DNA from: an uncultured Gemmatimonadales bacterium
GTDB taxonomy: Bacteria; Gemmatimonadota; Gemmatimonadetes; Gemmatimonadales; Gemmatimonadaceae
Direction of reading: 5' to 3'
Assembly (NCBI GenBank): GCA_963850905.1
Contig: CAWKMU010000003.1
Coordinates: 3,424,001 to 3,488,000, forward strand
DNA length: 64,000 nucleotides
In this document: in pieces, positions 35,777 through 44,268 of the stretch
Numbering within the stretch: position 1 is the first letter of the stretch
Layout of the letters: each line of letters opens with the position of its first letter
Notes under the pieces: generated by a model
Databases searched by the model: none
What the model saw: only the letters and a program-made list of their open reading frames with translations
Told to the model about the DNA's origin: nothing
Made by a program: the position numbers and the translations under genes

Positions 35777-36096
35777 TAGCCGGCCTGCATTGGCTCGGTC
35801 GCGTCGTAGTGACGCACCGTTTCAGGTCGCGTGAGCAAATAGCGGTCGTCGTCCGCGAAATATCGTGCCCGTTCAATGTCCGGCCCCGCAAAGGCCTTGA
35901 TCGCTTCGACATCGGTCCACCAGCTCAGGGTGACAATCTCCGAGCGCTCGGCGTCCAGGTCTCGGCAGGCGACCAATGCGCCGAGGTTGCCAGGTGTCCG
36001 CCGGTAGGCGGCGATGCCCGTCGCCGTCACGTACTCGACGTAGGCTTGTCGAAGGGGCCGCCGGATTTCCGCTCGCCACTCACGAAGGATGACCAT
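35776..36096 (-). CDS. ABM-like dimeric alpha/beta-barrel protein
   Basis: ILREWRA...TPGNLG...LSWW.DVEAIKAFAG.DIERARYF. Confidence 0.7.
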   Translation of the reverse strand: MVILREWRAEIRRPLRQAYVEYVTATGIAAYRRTPGNLGALVACRDLDAERSEIVTLSWWTDVEAIKAFAGPDIERARYFADDDRYLLTRPETVRHYDATEPMQAG

Positions 36097-36126
36097 GGGT
36101 TCCTCTTGCTCAATGGGAATCGGCTC

Positions 36127-37242
36127 TCAGGTGGACGGGGCCGTCCGCGCGCAGAACTGCGTGATGGCGGCCAGCAGGCGATCGCGACCGCGATCGCTTC
36201 GATCCAGATGCACGAAATGGGTGGCATTCGGAATTACGACGAGCTCTTTGACCGGGGCGTGCACGAGTCGCGCGATCAGCAGCTCACGGTCTTCCGGCCG
36301 CGACCAGAAGTCACGTTGCGACGCGATGACAAGCGTCGGGACCGTAATGAACGACGCGTCCCACAGCTGCCGGCCCGTCGCAAGGTAGAAACTGTCCTCC
36401 AGCGGGCCATTGGGTGACCGAAAACACGCTGGTGTGTGCGACTGAGATGCCGGATCACTCGCCATTGCCTCTCGGACATACGCGTTGACGACCGCCGGGT
36501 CGCGCCACGCGTTCTTGTTGGTCGTCGGGATGCTGCGATCCCACGCACCGACCAGTGAGCTCGCGGTGTTGCAGCGGTACGCCCCGACGGCGCGGCTCAG
36601 TCGCCCCGGATGCGCCGCGTCCTCCAGGTCCGACCCGTGTCCCACCAGTGGCTGGGGCGTGTCCGCACCATACAGGGCGTTGTGAATAATGAGGCGGTCG
36701 AGCTTCGTTGCGTGCAACGCCGCGTAATATCCTGCCCATTGTCCACCAACTGCCCAGCCGAAAAGCGTTACGCGAGCTCCCGCTTTGCGCTTGCTGATGA
36801 GATCGACGACCGCGTCAATGTCGCGGACCGCGTCAGTCGATCGTACCAGCGGCGATCGCCCGTCGGGCAGCTCCGCCATACCCCCGGGCCGCGTCGATTG
36901 GCCGAAGCCACGGACGTCCATGACGTACACAACGAATCCACGCGCCGCCAGATCCGCCGCAAATGAGCCGCCGGGCACGGGAAGATCGAAGGACGCAACG
37001 CCCGGCACTCGCGCGCCATGAATGAGAAGCAGCGGCCTGCCCGACACCGCGGGCTTGCGCGCCGGCGTAGTTGTCGTGCGCAGCTCGCGAACATGAATCC
37101 GGATACCCGAGTCGCTGGTCACGAAGAGCTCACTGCGCACGATCGACGGCGGAGCGCCAGCACTGGCGCGCCGTCCCGGAACGAGCGGCAACAAGCTGAG
37201 CGATGCCGCGACGGCATACGCCGTTCGAGTTCTGCGGTGCAT
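36127..37242 (-). CDS. Secreted alpha/beta-fold hydrolase
   Basis: Signal peptide, LLIHGA, DVRGFGQS, nucleophile elbow GWAVG (Ala where Ser is usual), C-terminal ATHF. Confidence 0.8.
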   Translation of the reverse strand: MHRRTRTAYAVAASLSLLPLVPGRRASAGAPPSIVRSELFVTSDSGIRIHVRELRTTTTPARKPAVSGRPLLLIHGARVPGVASFDLPVPGGSFAADLAARGFVVYVMDVRGFGQSTRPGGMAELPDGRSPLVRSTDAVRDIDAVVDLISKRKAGARVTLFGWAVGGQWAGYYAALHATKLDRLIIHNALYGADTPQPLVGHGSDLEDAAHPGRLSRAVGAYRCNTASSLVGAWDRSIPTTNKNAWRDPAVVNAYVREAMASDPASQSHTPACFRSPNGPLEDSFYLATGRQLWDASFITVPTLVIASQRDFWSRPEDRELLIARLVHAPVKELVVIPNATHFVHLDRSDRGRDRLLAAITQFCARTAPST

Positions 37243-37385
37243 GGCGTAAATTGTCAGCAAGCCGACGATCTCGCCGAATCGGCACGTGTGACCTGTCCGT
37301 AACGGCTGGACGCCGTGGTTGTCGGCCTGTCGCCGAGGCGGCCCCAGCAGTATAGTAGGACCCTCATTCCGAGTGGGGATCTTTG

Positions 37386-39377
37386 ATGCGCGCGCTCAGA
37401 TCGCTCAGGCCTGCTGCAACGTCGCTCCTCATGCTGGCCGTTGCTTTGGTCGCCACGCCGGTCGCCGCGCAGGCGCCGGTGATCACGCCACGGGGTGACC
37501 CGTCGGTTGCGAGCGACACGATTTATAAGCTGGCCGTCGATAGCGCGGCCTACCCCGAACAGGGATCGGTCCTCCTCCTCGACGACGGCGTAGTCAAGAT
37601 CGAGAAGGACGGGCGAGCGCGGCGGACATTTCACCAGGTCGTGCAAGTCCTGCGCGACCGTGCCGCGCGCTCGTATCAAGAGCGGCAATTCACGTTCGAG
37701 CCCGAACGCCAGCACTTCACGCTCAACTGGGTTCACGTGCTGAAGCCGACCGGTGAAGTGATCAGTTCCGCACCGGCGCACACGCAGGAGTCCGACCTCC
37801 CAGCGTCAATGGTGAACCCGGTGTATGTGCATCAGAAGAGTGTCCGGATGTCGCTCAGTGGAGTCGCACCGGGCACACTCGTCGACATCAGTTGGTCGTA
37901 CGACGAGACCAGCCCGTACCGGCCCGGCGACTTCTATCAAACGTGGCTGGTGACCGCGGGGACGACAGTCTTCCGGTCACGCTTCATCGTCGATGCACCC
38001 AAGGACATGGACCTGCGCATCGTCGAACACCACCTGACGTTCCCGCGACAACAAACCACCGTCGGTGATCGCACGGTCTATACGTGGGCGACACGCAATG
38101 TCGCGTGGGTCAAGCCGGAAATGTTCGCCCCGGTCGGGGACTCCAACGACGTGGTCATGTCGGTATCGATCGCGACCCCGGGGTCGTGGTCGGACATCGG
38201 CCATTGGTACGCCAAGCTCGCCGCCGATCGCACTCGACCCAATGCCAGGCTGCGTGACACGGTCAAGGCGCTCGTCGCGCACGCGAAGACTCTGGACGAC
38301 TCGATCCGCGCGATTCATCGCTGGATAGCGCAGGACATTCGCTACGTGGCCCTCGAGCTTGGCATCGGTGGATATCAGCCCCGCATGATCGATTCCGTGA
38401 TCGCAACGGGCTTCGGAGATTGCAAGGACAAGGCCTCGCTCTTCGTCGCTGCAATGGGGGCCATCGGGGTCGACGCGTACCCGGTCTTGCTGGAAGCGGG
38501 CGGCGGCACGGACCGATCGTTGCCAACGATCGGTGCATTCGATCACGAGATCGCCGTGATCAAACGCGGCAAGGCCTATGAGTTCGTTGATCTCACATCC
38601 GAGTTGTCGCCGCTCGGTACTCTGCCCTATCCCGACGAGGATACGTTTGCACTGATCGTCCATCCCGATGGACGGACGGAAGAGGTGACGACTCCGCCCG
38701 ATCCCGCCGGTGCGAACCGGTCCGAGGTGCGCGTGACCGGCACGCTAACGGCCAATGGCGCGTTCAACGGCCACGTCGAAGTGCGCGGGACCGGCACGGC
38801 TGGCCTGGCGATGCGGGCGATGATGCAAAACGGCCTGGATACGGCACAGCGCTCCGCGTTCCTCCGCTCCTTCGCGTCCGGCCTCTTTCCCGATGCCAAA
38901 GGCGACAGCCTCGTGACCTTCAACGGAAAGGATCTCCAGGCCGATCCCAGGATCTCGTTGGTCATCCACAGCGGTCAGGCGACGCAGCGCTCAGGTGAAA
39001 CAGACATCCTGACGACGCGGGACGTATCGACCCGCTGGACGCAGATCGCTGACGAGCTCGAGGCGCACGCCCCCCGCCGACTGCCGATCGACGCGGAGAG
39101 AGTCGCTGGCCTCACGACCAACGTGGCGGAAACCCGCATCACGCTCCCCGAAGGATGGCACGCGCGCCTCCCTCCAAACGTCACGGCCACGAGCGCGTTC
39201 GGCAGCTACGATGCGAGCTATCGCCAGGACGGGCGCGATCTCGTTATCACGCGCCACATCAGCGGCACGAAGGGCATCCTGTCGAAGGACCACGCGGCCG
39301 AACTGATCGCCTGGTTCCGCGCGATGGCTAAGGATCGCGTGCCGTTCGTCGTGATCGAGCACGGCACCTCGACCTAG
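37386..39377 (+). CDS. Secreted DUF3857 plus transglutaminase-like domain protein
   Basis: Signal peptide, IRYVALELGIGGYQP, GDCKDKA, FDHEI, VDLT (Cys-His-Asp triad). Confidence 0.85.
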   Translation: MRALRSLRPAATSLLMLAVALVATPVAAQAPVITPRGDPSVASDTIYKLAVDSAAYPEQGSVLLLDDGVVKIEKDGRARRTFHQVVQVLRDRAARSYQERQFTFEPERQHFTLNWVHVLKPTGEVISSAPAHTQESDLPASMVNPVYVHQKSVRMSLSGVAPGTLVDISWSYDETSPYRPGDFYQTWLVTAGTTVFRSRFIVDAPKDMDLRIVEHHLTFPRQQTTVGDRTVYTWATRNVAWVKPEMFAPVGDSNDVVMSVSIATPGSWSDIGHWYAKLAADRTRPNARLRDTVKALVAHAKTLDDSIRAIHRWIAQDIRYVALELGIGGYQPRMIDSVIATGFGDCKDKASLFVAAMGAIGVDAYPVLLEAGGGTDRSLPTIGAFDHEIAVIKRGKAYEFVDLTSELSPLGTLPYPDEDTFALIVHPDGRTEEVTTPPDPAGANRSEVRVTGTLTANGAFNGHVEVRGTGTAGLAMRAMMQNGLDTAQRSAFLRSFASGLFPDAKGDSLVTFNGKDLQADPRISLVIHSGQATQRSGETDILTTRDVSTRWTQIADELEAHAPRRLPIDAERVAGLTTNVAETRITLPEGWHARLPPNVTATSAFGSYDASYRQDGRDLVITRHISGTKGILSKDHAAELIAWFRAMAKDRVPFVVIEHGTST

Positions 39378-39412
39378 GCCGGGTTTCGGGTGAGGGGTGC
39401 CGGGTTTCGGGG
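39378..39412 (+). repeat. G-rich heptamer array
   Basis: GCCGGGT TTCGGGT GAGGGGT GCCGGGT TTCGGGG. Confidence 0.7.
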
Positions 39413-39439
39413 TAACGGCCACGAACGTGACCACGGCTG

Positions 39440-39570
39440 GTAGGGGCGACGCAATGCGTCGCCCTACGGTGCGGCGATGCGACCATGATTCGTCGGGCGC
39501 CCCAAAATGCGACCCGCGCGCGTCGTGTACGGTTCGGCCAACGGCGGGCGACGCATTGCGTCGCCCCTAC
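39440..39570. repeat. Inverted pair of GTAG-type REP palindromes (REPIN-like)
   Basis: GTAGGGGCGACGCAATGCGTCGCCCTAC (39440-67) and GGGCGACGCATTGCGTCGCCCCTAC (39546-70). Confidence 0.88.
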
Positions 39571-39583
39571 CCGCGCACCGGCG

Positions 39584-40053
39584 TCAGCGACTTTCGATGG
39601 CGATACCGCTCGTGGCCAACGGGGCGTCTCGCTGCATGTAGAACTTGTACTCGTCCTCGTGCGTAATGCGAAACCCGTGCTCGATGTAGAACTGCACCGC
39701 CGGGTTGATCTTGACCACGGGCACGGTCACGGCCTTCGATTGACTGACCGCTCGAGCCCAGAGTCGCTCCACGATGATCCCGCCGATACCCAGGCGCTGC
39801 GCTGCAGGCGCTATGTACAGCGAGCCGAGGTTGATCGCCTCCTCCGTGGCTTGCTCTTGCAGCCATCGACATCACGGCCATCAGCCACGATGATGCGCGC
39901 TTCGGCCAGACGGAAGAACCCCGCGAAGTGCTCGGCCTGTCGACCCTCATCCCAATCAAACAAGCGCACCAGCAACCCGCCCATCGAAGCCAGAAATACC
40001 CAGCGGGCAAACGCAACGTCATCAGGTCGGGCCGCTCTCACTTCAATGCGCAT
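39584..40053 (-). CDS. GNAT family acetyltransferase with a single-base deletion near 39868 (error or pseudogene)
   Basis: MRIEVRAARPDD...IIVADGRDV, then next frame WLQ...LYIAPAAQRLGIGG...NPAVQFYIEHGF. Confidence 0.8.
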
Positions 40054-40157
40054 GTGGTCATCGAGTCCTGTGGATCGGGGCATCGCGTACAACGCTTGCC
40101 TTCATCTGGCCCTCTGGTATGCTTCGCTTTCAGCGTTCGCGAAACGAGGACTGAATC

Positions 40158-41294
40158 GTGAGCCCCATGCGCGGATACAACTTTACCGAGCGTGTGCGAA
40201 AGGTACTTGCGATGGCCCGGGAGGAAGCAGTCCGCCTGGGCCACAACTACGTTGGGACGGAACACATTCTTCTCGGCCTGATCGCCGAAGGTGACGGAGT
40301 GGCGATCGCGATATTGCACATTTTCAACGTTGACGAGGCCGCGCTGCGTCACTGGATCGAAGAGGAGGTCAACCTTCCGAAAGCCAAGCCTATCGTCGGA
40401 GGCGATCTCCCATACACCTCGCGAGCCAAGAAAGTGCTCGATCTGGCGATGCAGGAAGCCGGGCAGCTTGATCACAGCTGCGTTGGAACGGAGCACCTTC
40501 TACTTGGGCTCTTGGGCGAGGAAAACGGCCTTGCAGCTCACGCGTTGGCCGAATCGGGCGTCATCACAGACGTGGCGCGGAAGGAAATCATCCGTGTGCT
40601 CAGCGAGCACCCGCGGGAGTCAGGCGCGCTCGGCCGCTGGCTGGCCGGGCAAGCCCCTGGCGCTCACCCGGCACCAGAGCATAGGCACGCGGCGGTTCGG
40701 TATGCAGAGGTTGGCTGCCGGATCCCCAAAGACTACTTCTGGACCATCGGCTGGGGCGAGAGCGATGTCGGCATCGAGACCGGGTCGTACGACGCGGCAC
40801 TGACGATGGCCGGAATCGAGAACTTCAATATCATGCTCTATACGTCGGTGCTGCCACCGGAAGCGACCGAGATCTCGCAGTTGCCGGACATTCACCACGG
40901 GTCCGTGCTCGAAGGGATCATGGCGATCCAACACACCGACAAGCCCGGCACGCGGATCACCGCGGGCGTCCTTCTCGCTAAGGTGTTCCGCACGACCGAT
41001 CAGTCCTTCCTCGGCGGTTTTGCGTGTGAGTACGCCGGGAACGACGACACCGGGCACGCGGAAGCGAATCTGCAAGAGGCCATGCGCCAGCTTTTCGCGC
41101 GCCGGTATTCGTCTGACCTGTACCGGCTGGAGCTCGGGAAGATCGTCGTTCGTACGTTCGTACCGTCGAAGGCCTTCGGCACCGTGCTCGTCGGGATCGG
41201 GTTTTCCAGCTATCTCTCGCCCGTCCTCGACTCAAACGTCACCATTGTACCCGCGCACAAGGACAAGTCGCACGTCAAGTACACCACCCGGTAG
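40158..41294 (+). CDS. ClpC-type N-terminal (Clp repeat) domain fused to pyruvoyl-dependent arginine decarboxylase
   Basis: GYNFTERVRKVL...YVGTEHILLGL...YTSRAKKVL...VGTEHLLLGL, then GESD...SYDAAL..AGIENFNIMLYTSVLP...FACEY. Confidence 0.85.
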   Translation: MSPMRGYNFTERVRKVLAMAREEAVRLGHNYVGTEHILLGLIAEGDGVAIAILHIFNVDEAALRHWIEEEVNLPKAKPIVGGDLPYTSRAKKVLDLAMQEAGQLDHSCVGTEHLLLGLLGEENGLAAHALAESGVITDVARKEIIRVLSEHPRESGALGRWLAGQAPGAHPAPEHRHAAVRYAEVGCRIPKDYFWTIGWGESDVGIETGSYDAALTMAGIENFNIMLYTSVLPPEATEISQLPDIHHGSVLEGIMAIQHTDKPGTRITAGVLLAKVFRTTDQSFLGGFACEYAGNDDTGHAEANLQEAMRQLFARRYSSDLYRLELGKIVVRTFVPSKAFGTVLVGIGFSSYLSPVLDSNVTIVPAHKDKSHVKYTTR

Positions 41295-41355
41295 GACTAG
41301 GGTTTGGGACAAATCGAAAGGTCGATCACGGTGCACATTGACCGGCATTGGATCG

Positions 41356-41439
41356 GTAGGGGCGACGCATTGCGTCGCCCGTTGTTGTGGTCGCGGTTGT
41401 CGTTCCCCGACCCCCAACCCCAGGCCGCAAACCCCAGAT
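41356..41439 (+). repeat. GTAG-type REP with GTTGTT tail and C-rich heptamers
   Basis: GTAGGGGCGACGCATTGCGTCGCCC (41356-80), GTTGTTGT...CGTTCC, CCCCGAC CCCCAAC CCCAGGC. Confidence 0.85.
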
Positions 41440-41476
41440 TTGACCAGCTGGCGCCGCCACCCGTCCCCTCCAACGC

Positions 41477-43138
41477 TCACCTCCGAATCAGCTCGACCCT
41501 CCGATTCCGCGCACGACCTTCGAGCGTCGAATTCGAGTCTACCGGTGACGCAGCCCCAAACCCATTCGACGTCAGTCGATTGGTCCCGATGTGAAAACCC
41601 TTGACCAGGGTGTCGCGAACGGCCGCTGCGCGACGCTTCGAGAGTGCGAGATTGTACGGGTCGCCGCCAATGCTGTCCGTGTACCCGTTGATGGTGAGCG
41701 ACCAGTCTGGGTTTTTGTGCATCAAATCGGCGATCTCATGCAGGACCGGGCCAGACTCTTTCCGGATCGTCGCCTGCGCGAAATCGAAATAGATCCCGTA
41801 GACGAGCACCTTTCGCTCCTTCGTCAGCGCGCGCTCCATGCGCTGCTCGCCGGCGGCCTCGCCACCGGCGCCGCTTGCACCACCACCGCCTGCGCCGCCA
41901 CCGCCGCCGCCGCCACCACCTCCCCCACCCCCGCCTGCCCCGCCTCCGCGGCCTGCGCCTCCTGCACCGCCGCCTGACCCTGCTCCCCCTCCCGCTCCAC
42001 CTCCTCCGCCCGCACCCGCGCCGCCTCCGCCACCCCCTCCCCCTCCACCTGACCCGCCCCCGCCGTTCCCGGCCAAATCGCCCGCGTCATCGGAGATGCG
42101 GACCACCTGGACCCCCAGGGTCGTGTCCAGCTGCCAGACACCGTTCACGCGGACAAAGCCACTGCTATCCGTGTGCGTCGTGTCCTCTTTCAGTTCCATC
42201 TCCTTTCGCATCAGCACGAGTGGATCGCGTGGATCGTCGAGAATGAGGTACTCGCAGGCGGTGTAGCGGATTTCGGCATGCTCCGCATAGGTGACGCTCG
42301 CATTGGAGTCACACTGCACGTGCACAGCCGGCAAGTTCACGGGCGTATCGTTCAACAGCACCGGCACGCTGACCGGCCGCGCCTCCACCCGCCGGACAAA
42401 TTCATGGTCGGTTCGGAAGGCCCCGAAGCCATCGGGGACCACCACGCCGATCGTTTGCGTGTTGCCAGCTTTGATCGCTGCGAGCAATCGGGCGGAAAAT
42501 GTGATGGCCGTCGTGCCCAGGTGCACCTCCGGCGGGGCAGAAGCCGACTGCGACACGAAGAAGGGGGCATAGCCACACGACGTGTCCTGGTCGGCCCTCA
42601 AAGCGACCCGGCGGGTGTGAAGCGGCGTCGGGATACTCTTTCTCTTGAGGAAGTCGTACTTCGGGACGTCGCCTGAGATCTCGAAGCTCACCGCGCTATC
42701 GCCCAAGTCGGTGAGCCGCTTCATGGACTCGTAATCGCCGTCCCCCGTCGAGACCGCTGTGACCACGGTCAAACCGACGCGGAGCGGGACGGAGTCACCG
42801 TTCGCCGTACTCGACGCGCTCCACGGCCGATGGTCAGGGATCGAATCGGGCTCCGCACCATTGGGGCTCAGGCACTCCGACGCGGAGCGAATGACTCCCG
42901 CGCTCTCGGGTCGCGACGCACCGCTGGCGGTCGGCGCCGACCCCTGGGGTCCGGTTCCGGAATCAATCGGCAGTTGGTCGAGTCCCGACGTCTGGCCAGC
43001 ACTCGGTTCATTGTGGCGATGGCATGCGGCCAATGCGCAAAGCGCCTGCACCGCGCCGAGCGCCACGCTGATGCGAATGGTCGCGCGGCGACGGGTTCGG
43101 TGGTGCTGCAGTGATGCCTCTGCCACTGCGCTGCTCAC
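41477..43138 (-). CDS. Lipoprotein with unknown N-terminal domain, poly-Gly linker and C-terminal OmpA peptidoglycan-binding domain
   Basis: Lipobox LAAC; IYFDF, INGYTDSIG, NLALSKRRA, NRRVEL. GTG at 43138 abuts the upstream stop. Confidence 0.85.
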   Translation of the reverse strand: MSSAVAEASLQHHRTRRRATIRISVALGAVQALCALAACHRHNEPSAGQTSGLDQLPIDSGTGPQGSAPTASGASRPESAGVIRSASECLSPNGAEPDSIPDHRPWSASSTANGDSVPLRVGLTVVTAVSTGDGDYESMKRLTDLGDSAVSFEISGDVPKYDFLKRKSIPTPLHTRRVALRADQDTSCGYAPFFVSQSASAPPEVHLGTTAITFSARLLAAIKAGNTQTIGVVVPDGFGAFRTDHEFVRRVEARPVSVPVLLNDTPVNLPAVHVQCDSNASVTYAEHAEIRYTACEYLILDDPRDPLVLMRKEMELKEDTTHTDSSGFVRVNGVWQLDTTLGVQVVRISDDAGDLAGNGGGGSGGGGGGGGGGAGAGGGGGAGGGAGSGGGAGGAGRGGGAGGGGGGGGGGGGGGAGGGGASGAGGEAAGEQRMERALTKERKVLVYGIYFDFAQATIRKESGPVLHEIADLMHKNPDWSLTINGYTDSIGGDPYNLALSKRRAAAVRDTLVKGFHIGTNRLTSNGFGAASPVDSNSTLEGRARNRRVELIRR

Positions 43139-43139
43139 G

Positions 43140-44216
43140 TCAAGGATGCAGGGCCTTGCCGATCGCCTGCTTGGCCGCGCCACTGATGATGCTCTGATTC
43201 CCCGAGGGCGGAGTGGCGATCTGGCCGGTGCTGATCGCCGGGGTCGTGTTGGCGGGCAGCCCCGCCCGCTCCGCAGGAATGACCTCTTTGTTCGATTTCT
43301 CGTAGCCCGCCGGAATCACAAACAGGTCCGGAGCGGCAGGCTCACGCGACACATTCGTGATGCTGGTAACCAGGATCGAATTGCCCGCGCCTCGGTTGTC
43401 CGTCGTCGTCGCGCGCGCGACCGACAACAGCGGGATGCCGGGATCCATTTGGGCAATGGCGGCTTGCATCTTCGTGCGATAGTCGTCGGCGCCCGCCTGC
43501 ATGAAGATCCCGCCGACTTGAATGAACGGGTTGACGTCATCCTTCAACTCGGAGACGAAATAGTAGTCGGTCACCTTCTGTACTTTTTGTGTCGACGACA
43601 GCAGAAGGACCCGCACTTTCTGCGTGTAGCTCTCGGTGATGCGCCAGTGGTGGGCCTGCATCTCCTGAATGCTGGTGTCCGGCTGGACGCGCTGCACCGC
43701 GATCGCGACGTCACTGAGCTCGATGTGCAACAGCTTGCCGAAGGCCTGCTCCGCGGCGGCGTTGCCCATCAACTCGAAGTACTTCTTCTTCGATGGCGCC
43801 ACGACCGTGATCTCGGGCGCCCCACGCTTGACGAGGTAATACGAGCCGTGGCCATAGAACATCGGCTTGCCGCCGACCTGCTGGGGCCCGTCTGTCGGTG
43901 CGTCGACGTTGGTGGGCTCGAAGTAGGTGATCCGCGCGTTGTCGCCGGAGAGCTGTTCCGTTGCGATCTCCTCGAAGTCGTTGGCCTTGCCCTCGGCGTT
44001 CAGCCCATTGGACGTGACCGTGAACGTGTACGTCAGGACCTGATTCGCGCTCGCGGCTGCCGGCGTGGACGCGGCGGTCGCTGCGGGGGGTGGTGCGGCT
44101 GAAGTGGATGGCTGCTTCGTCTGTGCGTATGCCACGCCAGCGAGCGAGGCGACGGAGAACGGCAGCCATACGCGGCCGATCACAGATCGAAACGAGCCGT
44201 TCGGCATCGGAATCAT
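43140..44216 (-). CDS. Secreted hypothetical protein (DUF4412-like)
   Basis: Signal peptide ending AYAQ, GGAG RBS, beta-rich body, DLFVIPAGY. Confidence 0.75.
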   Translation of the reverse strand: MIPMPNGSFRSVIGRVWLPFSVASLAGVAYAQTKQPSTSAAPPPAATAASTPAAASANQVLTYTFTVTSNGLNAEGKANDFEEIATEQLSGDNARITYFEPTNVDAPTDGPQQVGGKPMFYGHGSYYLVKRGAPEITVVAPSKKKYFELMGNAAAEQAFGKLLHIELSDVAIAVQRVQPDTSIQEMQAHHWRITESYTQKVRVLLLSSTQKVQKVTDYYFVSELKDDVNPFIQVGGIFMQAGADDYRTKMQAAIAQMDPGIPLLSVARATTTDNRGAGNSILVTSITNVSREPAAPDLFVIPAGYEKSNKEVIPAERAGLPANTTPAISTGQIATPPSGNQSIISGAAKQAIGKALHP

Positions 44217-44268
44217 GGCGAAGTCCTCCGGAGAAATGACGAAGATCGTTCAGGGCGTGCCGAGATCC

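Noticed and set aside
40158..40610. Truncated clpC pseudogene
   Set aside because: The frame continues without a stop into an intact decarboxylase domain; no AAA+ remnants recognised nearby.
41838..42266. Poly-proline plus-strand ORF
   Set aside because: Reverse complement of the poly-Gly linker.
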